56,984 nucleotides of DNA, taken from NCBI GenBank assembly GCA_000388065.2, contig KB932203.1; one strand, given 5' to 3'. Both the position numbers and the translations under genes were made by a program. This document shows positions 21,381 through 31,203 of this stretch, one piece after another. Below the pieces are notes generated by a model, which did not search any database, was not told the DNA's origin, and was given only the letters and a program-made list of their open reading frames with translations. Every line of letters begins with the position of its first letter. Position 1 is the stretch's first letter. This DNA comes from Fonticula alba ATCC 38817. Its lineage: Eukaryota; Protista; Nucleariida.

Positions 21381-21584
21381 GGAACATGCGAATGCATATC
21401 TCTATACGCGTTTGCGCGCGTATATGCCTGCACAAGCCCATCACCTGTCCAGGTGCTAACACATGGTGCTTGGTGGGAATCGACAACAAAGCGGCTCAAC
21501 TTCCGGTCCCTGTCGACCCCCGGCAGCAGCGGCCTTTCGTCGCCGGTCATCGAGTCTCCGGCGGCACAGGACTCGCCGCGGTAG
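19800..21584 (+). CDS. Hypothetical low-complexity protein with a His-rich tract and a basic NLS-like segment; multi-exon, one junction (about 20697-20950) unresolved
   Basis: ORF from ATG 19800 with coding-like codon bias. Downstream exons EKTRKDRRDKDRKRRRRERR...IPE | DHTGG...PPSI | VLTHGAWWESTTKRLNF...SPR* are bounded by gtactt/gtacgt donors and cag acceptors. Family not recognised. Confidence 0.5.
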
Positions 21585-21587
21585 CCT

Positions 21588-21589
<2 letters not shown>

Positions 21590-21625
<36 letters not shown>

Positions 21626-21661
21626 GCCGCCGCCGCCGCCGCTGCTGCTGCTGTTGCTGCC
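21590..21661 (+). repeat. (CTG)n/(CCG)n trinucleotide tract between two convergent stop codons
   Basis: Read directly from the sequence. Confidence 0.85.
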
Positions 21662-21669
21662 GTGCGCGC

Positions 21670-24398
21670 TCAGGCCGGCGGGTAAAAGTGCCCAAAGAGA
21701 ATGCACGTGGCGGCCTGGTACCCGGCGCCGAATGCCAAATACACTCTTGCCATTTGGCTATCCCGAGCGCTGGGCCCATGCATGGGGACCGGCGGGTCTT
21801 TGGGCGTCGGGTCCGCGGCCGGGGAGGGGTGCGGGTCCCCGGCCACAGGGGCAGGAGTGCTGGGGGCCTGGGCCGAGTCTTCCCCCGGTAGAAGCATGCT
21901 CGCCACCACCCAATAGGCGGCTGGGAAGGGGGCCGCAAAGCGGTGGATGATTTGCACATGGGCCGACAGCAGGATGGCCAGGTGTGCCACAAACCACAAC
22001 ATCAAATGTGGATGCAACTCAAATTGAAGGTCATGTCGCGCCAACAAGGGCACATCCACTGGACGGGAGGGGGGGGGAGGGGGGGGGGGGGCGGAGCCCG
22101 GCATGTTAGGGGCCGACCTGACAAGGCGCGGCGGAAAGGAGGAACAACTGCGATCGTCCAAAGACCCGCATGGCCACACATGGAGCGCGTACCCGGTTCC
22201 CCGGCCGGCGCCTTGGCCGCCGTCAGGAGGCCGAGCGACGCCCACCGGCGCCAAAGCGGCGGCACCACACGCCAGGCCGTGTACCCGGCCAGCAGCATGG
22301 CCGGCAGGGCCAGCACGAAGTTCGGGATTTGTCCCACCCGCCAGTACCGGAATAGCCCGACGTCCCTGGGCCCGGGGACGAGGGCTCGATGGCCCAGATG
22401 GTCAGTATGTTGCACGCATGCATGGCCGCACGGGGGCCGCCCGGCCAACGGGTGGGCGAAGGACCGGAGGCGGAATCATGTGGGCGGCCGGTGTGCCCAT
22501 ACGCACCAGTACTCCTTCTGGATGAAGCCGTAGATGAGGGGCAGGGTATTGGTGCACCAGGGTCGCGGTGTCAGACCGGCCGCCGACGCGCCAGCCACGG
22601 CTTCCGGGGTGCAGAACTCCCGATAGCCGTGGAGGGCAACCAACAGGGCGCCCGTGAGGGTGGCCACCGCGACAAAGGCACAGCGGCCCAGCTCCGCCAG
22701 CAGTGACTGAGCGCACAGCAGGTCAGTGACACGAGGATGGGGGCACATCGGGTGGCGACCGGCCGCAGGCAGGTGGCGCAGGGCGGGAGGCGCACGCACG
22801 GCGGTGGTTGGGAGGGGGGCCCCGCGAGCGGCCCAGCGATGGCGCACGGCCGACACCGCATCAAACAACGGATAGCCCACAAGCAACGTGCCGTTGGAGC
22901 GCATCAAGCAGGCCAGGAAGAAGGACATCCCACAGGGCAGTGTCCTGTATGCGTGTATATGTGTGTGTGGGGGGGGGGGGAGGGGAGGGGGGCGCATCAG
23001 CTGAGGTCTGAAAGTGACATTCCCGGAGGCAGACGGAGGGAGATCATCCGGAGGCGCACCAGCCGATCGAACGGCACCACAGCCCAGCCAAAACACACAG
23101 CCCAAACAGGGACTCGGTATACCTGCACGCAGGGGAACATGGCCACCGGGAGCTCATGGTCAATTTCGAGGGCGCCTACAAAAGGACACACACGGCAGGG
23201 GGCGAAACAAGAACAAGATGCCACGTACATTGAAGACATGAACGCCCCACCGGGGGACAGGCAGAATGCCACGCAGGCCAGGACGCCCAGCATGTCGGCC
23301 CGCCGGGGACCCAGCTTGCGAAAGGTCTGCTGGGACAGTCTGCGCTTGGGGTCAGACAGCGATGGAGCCAGGCAGGTCGCTGGATGGCGCGAGGAGGGGA
23401 GGGGGGGGGGAGAGCAAGAAAAGGGCAACAGTAGGCGGGGAAGCATGTGTTGCGCACAGGAAGAGGAAGACCGCCGCCAAGACGAAGGCCGCGTTGGACA
23501 GGATCACGCCCCACAGGGCGAGGGCCACACGGGAGGGGCGCCCATCAGGCGAAAAGAGCGCCGCTATCGGCATCGAGTGGGGGAGGGGGCGTGGAAGCAG
23601 GGGGATAAAAAAGGGCGACCGAGCGAAGGGCGCAGAGGCGTGGAAGCAGGGGGGGGGGGGNNNNNNNNNNNNNNNNNNNNNNNNNNNNNNNNNNNNNNNN
23701 NNNNNNNNNNNNNNNNNNNNNNNNNNNNNNNNNNNNNNNNNNNNNNNNNNNNNNNNNNNNNNNNNNNNNNNNNNNNNNNNNNNNNNNNNNNNNNNNNNNN
23801 NNNNNNNNNNNNNNNNNNNNNNNNNNNNNNNNNNNNNNNNNNNNNNNNNNNNNNNNNNNNNNNNNGGGGGGGGGGGGGTTATGTAGGTGCGCACGCACCC
23901 CAGCCGAAGGCGATGGCGCGGGCGGCCGCAGGCAGACCAGGGAAGAAGGCATGCTGCTGCTCGAAGGTGTGGCCCCAGTCGGCCCAGCCGCCGGGGACTG
24001 GCTCCCACCAGGCCCACCGGTCCAGAGCCGGCGTACCGGCGGCGATCGCATGCATGTGAATGGCATCCCAGCGGATGAGGGCCTCGGCCGCGCGCACATG
24101 CAGTGGGGCCCTGATGAAGCGCGTGGTCAGCCAAGAGGCAGGCCGGCGGGGCCGTCGCACCGGGCACAGTGGGGGAAAAGGCGAGGAGGGGGAGAGAGGG
24201 AGGGGGGGGGGGGGCAGCCACGCACGGGTTATCTTCGCCAGAGTTCATGCCGATGCCCAGGGCCAGGGCGGTGGATGTGTCGTCCGGGTCAAGCCGAAGC
24301 AGAAGCCGCGGCAGCACCAGCAGGCCCAGGGAGGCGATGCGGCTGCCGAGAGCCAGCAGCGCGACCCGGCGCGCGGTTGCCGCCGATCTGGAAGTCAT
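21670..24398 (-). CDS. PIGV: GPI mannosyltransferase 2 (PIG-V/Gpi18), multi-exon, spans the gap at 23661-23865
   Basis: Family motifs in order: RWDAIH, FEQQHAFFPGLP, FCLSPGGAFMSSMY, MRSNG, WCTNTLPLIYGFIQKEYW, VGLFRYWRVGQIPNFVLALP, HVQIIHRF, LFGHFYPPA*. Confidence 0.93.
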
Positions 24399-24919
24399 CC
24401 GGTTGTCGCCTCCGAGGAGTGGACGAGGGGGGTGAGGTATGCGGGGAAAGGGCGGAGCAAGAGGGGGGGGGGGGGGGTGTTGCTGCATGCCCCGGCGGCC
24501 TGGGGCCGATCCGCGGCCGGCAGGGCCACCTTTTTCATTTTTGCACCCCCCCCCCCCCCCCCTTCCCAGCCCCAATGCATGTCAAACGCCCCGATCGCGC
24601 CCAGCACGCCGGCCACCAGACTGGACGACGGTGGGACGGGCGCGCGCGCGCGGCATCGCGACATGCCAACCATCCGGCCACGCCCGATCGTTACTTTCGC
24701 CCCCCGGCGCGGCCGCATTTTTTCCGATGTAGGACAGACTGGGAGCAAGATCCCCTCTCTCTGTCTCTCCTGTGCCCCGCGCCAAGCGAGCCCCGGCCGC
24801 GGGGAGATTGATGCCAGCCCCGTGTGAGCCGCGCGCAGCGTCCACACGCTCCGCCTTCGATCATGCCTGCTCGCCTGCACCCGCCCAGCCCCGCCTCCAT
24901 ACACATTTGCGCGCGCACG

Positions 24920-24979
<60 letters not shown>

Positions 24980-25068
24980 TCCCCTCGCTCTTGTCTCCTG
25001 TCCCCCTCGCCTGCCTCCCGCCCTACCCCCCGATCCCCTGCCTTCTTCTCCCTTTGGACACCCTCCCG

Positions 25069-26742
25069 ATGACCGCCGCCTCCCCGGCTGACGGCGGCGC
25101 CAGTTGGCTCCGGCAGCCGGTGGTCTATGTGCTGTCCTTGGCGATTGTTGGGGCGCGAAATCTCTCGGCGGCCGCCGGGAGCCCGGACTCGGGGCCCGGC
25201 ATGGGCACCGCCGGCCCGGACACCGACCCCGGTGCAGCGCGAGCACCGGCCCGTCTGCGCGTGCTTCGCCTGACCGGGGCCGATGTTCGCATCTCCACCG
25301 GGCAATTCCCGGTGGCTGGTGGGACAGCGGCCGCCGGCCCCTCCGGCGGTTCGCCGAGCGCCGCCGACGGATACTCGGTCTTCCCGCCGAAGCGCGTTTT
25401 CCTCCGGGTCCTGTCGAGCCCACAGCAGCTAGCTAGCCTCGCGGCCGGTGGCCGACCGGTGGCCGAGGCGCCTGCCTGTCCTCCGGGAGTCCTATCGCTG
25501 GTGGACCACCTGCTGGAGGTGGACATGCTGGATGGGGAAACCGGCCAGTGCCTCGCGCGAGCGGCCTCCTCGTTGGCTCCCCTGTTGGGGTGCTTTGCCG
25601 CGTCGGCGGCCGCCTCGCCGCCGCCACTCGGCCCCTTCGTTGACCCCGGGACCCCGGGAACTGGACGCCTGGCCGCCGACTTCCGTACTTGGGTCCCGCT
25701 GCTGGGCGTTGCCTCGGCCGAGCCGTTGCTCGCCGCCAACGGCCAGGTACGCTGCTGGGTCTGAGACGTCCCCCCTCTTCCACACACACACACACGCCCT
25801 GCCTTGTGGACTCACCCCAGACATTCCTCGACCATGGTCCCTTCTTCCCTCTTTGCCAACGGCCAGCCTGCCGCCGTGGCTATTCACTGTTCGATTTCGC
25901 GCGAGGATCGTCTGGTTTCCTGGCTGGCAACCAAGGCCTTTTTCAGCCGGCCTGGCAGCGCCGGGTCCAGTCCCTTGGCGCCGGCCCCGGCGCACATCAC
26001 GACACCGCCGCCGCCACCGCCGCCGCCGCCGCCGCCACCGGCCCTCCCGGTCCAGGCTCCCTTGCCACATCCTGCCTATTCGGCCTATCCCCACATGTAC
26101 CCCGGGCATCCGGGCTACGGGTGGCCGGGGGCCGCATATGCCACCGCCCCGGGCGTGCTGCCCTATGCTCCGGGCATCGGGGGTCCCTACCCCTCAGGTG
26201 GGCCATCTTACACGCCGGCCACCCCGCCCTACACGCCGGCCACCCCGCCCTACACACCGAGCGCCGCCTACGGCTCCCTCTCGCCGCCCGGGGCTCGGCC
26301 CGATCAACGGCCCGGTGCCCCGGCGCCCGGGGTCGACCCTCTGACGGCTGGCATCTACGCGGACCCTCGATTCGAGGCGGATGCCGCCAGCGCGCGAGCC
26401 GCCTTCGAGGGGCACATCCACCGGCTGGCTGCCGAAGCCATGCACACGTCCGATCTGGCGGCCATGAACGCCAAACTGGCCTCCGCTCTGCGGGAAGAGC
26501 GCTCGCGCGCCACACAGCTGGAGTCCCTGATCAGCGAGGTATGCGCTCGCCGATGTGCCCCCATTCGGCCCTCCCCTCGGGTGGGCCTGGTGCCTTGCCA
26601 CATGCTGCTTACTGACGTGCTCCTCCCTTCCTTCCTGCCTGTCCCTGCTCGGGCGGGGGTGTAGTTTGCCCAATTGGAGTCCAGCCGGGCCGAGATGAAT
26701 AGCCAGCCGGACCCGGGCGAGGATGCCGGTGGCCCTGTGTGA
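25069..26742 (+). CDS. Hypothetical protein: C2-like beta domain, Pro/Tyr-rich linker, C-terminal coiled coil. Exons 25069-25746, 25867-26538, 26665-26742.
   Basis: LAIVGARNL resembles C2 strand 1 and WVPLL...VAIHCSI resembles the last strands. AAMNAKLASALREERSRATQLESLISE|FAQLE is coiled-coil-like. Both introns are phase 0 with gtacgc/gtatgc donors. Confidence 0.55.
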
Positions 26743-27044
26743 GGGACAAAATAGAAAAAGCAATCCATAATAGCTCCCGGTTGGCGTGGTCTCGCCACCG
26801 GTGTTGGGCCGGGTGTACCCGTGGTCCTGAAGTCACGCGGAGGACGATGGATTGGCATTCGCGACCACGCGTCGCCTGTGCGCCAACGCACGCGCGCCTC
26901 TCGTCGGCCGGGGCCCGCGCCCTGGCCTCGCGCGCCCTTCGCACTTCCGCGTGCCCGGTGATGGCACCAGGACGCGGGGGCGCGTGCGGGAAGGCGCGCG
27001 TGCGGCACCCACGACGATCCTCAAGGGTGGGGTGGGGTGGGAGG

Positions 27045-27147
<103 letters not shown>

Positions 27148-27361
27148 GGTTGCCCGCATCTGCCCACACTCACGCACGCACGCCCCGGCGCCCTGGGAGG
27201 CGAACGGGGCGTGGATCGATCTGACGCGGGGAACTAACCGAAGGGCCAGCAAGGCCCGGGCCCGGTTCGGCCAGAGCATGCGGCATCCCCGACCGTTGGA
27301 CGATCCTGCCCGGTCTCTCTCTCCTCCCCCCTCCTTGCGCCGCTTCCCCCGCCTCCTGCCT

Positions 27362-30300
27362 ATGTTCCAGCTGGCTGGCCGATTCGCCCCCCTCAGCCGG
27401 ACCCGCCCCCTCGCCGTCGCCGCTCGCGCCCTATCCTCCGCCTCGGCGCCCCTCCCTCTCGATACCATGGTCAAGCAGTCCAGCCCCCCGCCGGGTGACA
27501 TCGCCGCCGAGACGGCCACTGTCGCCGGCACCGTCGCCGTCGCCGACGCGGCCGCCGCCGCGACCACCACCACCGCCGCTGCCGCTGCCGCTGCCGCTGC
27601 TGCCCCCGAGATCGCCGGTCCCCGTGCCACCACCCGTGCGCGCAAGGCCACCAAGGCCTTCGACCCGGCCGTGCACATGAACAATTCGCTGCATGTCACC
27701 GGCTTCCGCTTCCCGAGCAGCAAGAATGTGCGCAAGTTCTTCGAGCAGAGCGGCATCCAGGTGACCGGCATCCGGTACTTCCCGCGTAACTCCGCCTTCA
27801 ACATCAATTTCCCGGTGCGTTTGGCCCTCCCCTGCTTTCGTCCCTTCAGGGCCCTGTCCTAGCGGCCGCCGTGTGTGGGTGTGGGTGTGGGTGGGTGGGT
27901 GGGTGGGTGGGCTTGTCTGACACTTATGTCTGCTCTGGGCGCGGCCCGCCGGAAATCTGTGGTGGGGAAAAAAAAAACCCCAGCCCGGGGCCAACATCAC
28001 CGAGATGCACGAGAAGATCAATACGATGAACTTCCGCTCGAGGCCCCTGGTGGCCCGGTTCCGTGACCAGTCGGAGGTCGATGTCCAGGAGCACAAGGAC
28101 CGCCACCAGACCCTGCGCGCGGAGTACACCGAGTCCGACCTGCCGGCGCACGAGCGCCTCAACGACCAGGTGACCCCCCTGTGGCGTCTCCCCTATGATG
28201 AGCAGATCCAGCAGAAGACCGACACCATCAAGACCATTCTCCAGGAGGCGCGCAAGAAGCTGGTCGACACGTACAGCGGCACGGCCCCGGTGTGGCTGGA
28301 CAAGTACGCTCCTGGCTGATTGCCGGCCTTTGTCTTTTCCGCCTGTGTGTATGGCCGCGTGGTGGTGGATGGGTGGGTGGGTGGGTGGGCGGGTGCCTGT
28401 GCATGCGTGCGTGCGTGCGTGCGTGTGTGCATGCGTGCGTGTGTGTGTGCATGCGTGCATGCATGCGTGCGTGCGTGCATGCGTGCGTGCGTGCGTGCGT
28501 GCGTGCATGCGTGCGTGCGTGCGTGCATGCGTGCGTGCGTGCGTGCGTGCGTGCATGCGTGCGTGCGTGCGTGCATGCGTGCGTGTGGGAGGAAGGGGGG
28601 GGGGATCCCACCGCCACCCCCTCGGGCGCCTGCCCGCCTGGGGAGTCACCTCCACCCTTCCGTGTCTTTTGCTGCGCCTCTTCTTCTCTCTTTTTCGGGC
28701 ATGCTTCTCTTCGAAACTTCTGACACCCGGCGCAGCCAAAGCGACCTCTTGTGCAAGCTGGAGCCGACCATTCGCTCGCCGGTGACCGATGGCTACCGGA
28801 ACAAGTGCGAGTTCTCCTTCGGCTATTCGCCGGCCGGCAAGCCGACCGTCGGCTTCCTGCTCGGCCTCTTCAAGGAGGGCAAGGCCTTCATCGAGAGCCC
28901 GCAGCAGTGCCCCCACGTGTCGGACAGCATGAAGAGCGTGGCCGCCCTGCTGCAGGAGCATGTGGATCGCATGCACGCGGAGACCGCTGAGATGGCTGTC
29001 GACCCGGTTGAGCCGGCCGAGGCGGCTGCCGCTGTCGAGACCACCTCTGAGGCTGCTGAGTCGGCCGAGCCGGCCGAGGCCGCCGTCACCACCGAGCGCC
29101 GCACTCCCTTCCCCTGCTACGATCGCCTGGAGCAGTCTGGCTTCTGGCGTTTGGCCATGGTGCGCGAGACGGTGTCCAAGTCCATGATGGTCGTGGTGCA
29201 GGTGCACCCGCAGCAGCACAGCGCCGAGGTCCTGGCGGCCCAGGCTGACGGGCTGAAGGCCGTCTTCGAGGAGGCCATCCGCCAGGAGCGCATCCCCAAG
29301 GATGTGCTGCTCCTCTGGCAGCAGGAGGCCGGCCTGTCCAACGCCTTCACCAATGCCCCGGTGCGGACTCTGATCGGCAATGCGGCCGATCCCCACATCT
29401 ACGAGCAGCTCTATGATCTCAAGTACGTGGGGTGTCCACCTTGCCTTTTGCTTTTTTCCGCCCCTTGTGTGGGTGCCTTCTCCGCCTGTCTCCTTCCTTC
29501 TTTGCCCCGCCGCTGTGGTCATCGGTGCCGCCTCTCATGAGGGGCGGGGCGACGATGCGACAGGCGAGTGGACATCCCGTCTGACCGTGGCGCCCTTCTC
29601 ATCCCCCACGTAGGTTCCGCGTCTCGCCCTGGTCCTTCTTCCAGGTGAACATCGGGGCCACGGAACTGCTGTACTCGTACGCCGCCGAGCTGGCCGGCCT
29701 GCGCGACGGCAATGAGACCGTTCTGCTGGATGTCTGCTGTGGCACTGGCACCATCGGCATCTCCATGGCCAAGAAGGCCAAGCGTGTCATCGGCATCGAG
29801 ATCGTGCCGCAGGCTATCGAGGATGCCAAGTTCAACGCCTCGCTCAACTGTGCGTCAGCAGCCTTGTGCCTTTGTCGCCCGACGCGCCGTCAGCTCCTCC
29901 TTCCGATGTCTCATTGCCGCTCCCCCACTCATCGCATCCACCCTGTACACACACACACACACACACATAGCCATCACCAACTGCTCGTACATTTGCAATG
30001 GTGTCGAGAAGTGCATGGATCAGGTCCTGGAGTCTTTGGACCCGAACGAGGACGCGGTCGCCATCCTGGATCCCCCCCGTCGTGGCGTCTGTACGTGTGG
30101 CGCTCTTGTCTTCGCCCGGTCTCCCCCCTCTTTTTTCGTGCTGCTCACGTGCCTCCCATCTACACACACACACACACACACACGCCCGCGTTCACAACCC
30201 CTCCACCCGTCGGGCCTCCTTCTTCGAACATGGAACACTCGCCCGCAGCCCAAAACGTTGTTCGCGCCCTGCGCACTTCGGCCCACCTGAAGCGTCTGGT

Positions 30301-30630
30301 GTTCATCTCCTGCGATGCCAACCAGGCCATGCAGAACTTCGTCGAGTGCGTCTCCTTTTGCTCCGCAGCTGCCCCACTCTTTCACTTCTCCCTGTTTCCG
30401 GGCCCCTGTCAGTCACCTTTGAGCCCATGTGTCTAACTCTCCTTTCTCTCTCCCTCTCTCTCCCCCCTCCCCTCCTGCCTTCCTCTGTGTCTCACTTTCG
30501 CCCCAGCCTTTGCCGCGCCACGACCAACCGCCACCCTGGCAAGCCGTTCCGCCCAGTGCTGGCCCGTGGTGTGGACCTTTTCCCCCACGCGCGCCCCTGC
30601 GAGCTGGTCCTGTATTTCGAGCGCGACTGA
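27362..30630 (+). CDS. TRMT2A: tRNA (uracil-54-C5)-methyltransferase, TRMT2A/Trm2 family, multi-exon
   Basis: RLNDQVTPLWRLPYDEQI, GYRNKCEFSFG, FRVSPWSFFQVN, LLDVCCGTGTIG, ILDPPR, FISCD (catalytic Cys) and VDLFPH..CELVLYFER*. Confidence 0.93.
28399..28586 (+). repeat. Compound (GCGT)n/(GCAT) tetranucleotide satellite inside a TRMT2 intron
   Basis: About 190 nt of alternating purine-pyrimidine tetramers. Confidence 0.9.
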
Positions 30631-31146
30631 AGACTCGGCTCGGTCTTTCAATTCGGGCGGCGGGAGCCACCTCGCGTCCGCCCGAACTGGCCCACACCCA
30701 TCCCTAGGTGAATGGACCTTTCCCCTCCCCACCACGATACGATGGCTGGCCGGCCCCCCCCCCCCCCCTCTTCTCTCCGATCCTCTCTCCCTCGATCGTG
30801 CACGTGCGCACACACACACACACATGTGTAGACATCTCCATGCCCAAATGGATGCACATACAAATATGCATACACGAAAATATACTGTCCTTGAAAAAGA
30901 GCGCGAACACTCGCATGTCCATTTGCACTCGGCCCCCGGGATTTCTACCTTCTCCTCGGGGATGGGGCACATGTAAACGCGCAACGCCGCAGGGAGAGAG
31001 AGAGAGAGAGAGGGGGGGGGGGGGCAGGGAGGGATGAAGCAAACAGGGCAAGGTGTAGACGGGGCTGGGAGCAAGGGAAGGCGTGGAAGGGGGGGGGGGA
31101 GGGGGGAGAGAAAGATGGGCGAAGGTGCTGCGGGCCCGGGGCCGGC

Positions 31147-31200
31147 CACGCGCACGCGCACGCGCACGCGCACGCGCACGCGCACGCGCACGCGCACGCG
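31147..31200 (+). repeat. (CACGCG)n hexamer repeat immediately downstream of the RhoGAP stop
   Basis: About nine tandem copies seen. Confidence 0.85.
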
Positions 31201-31203
31201 TAG

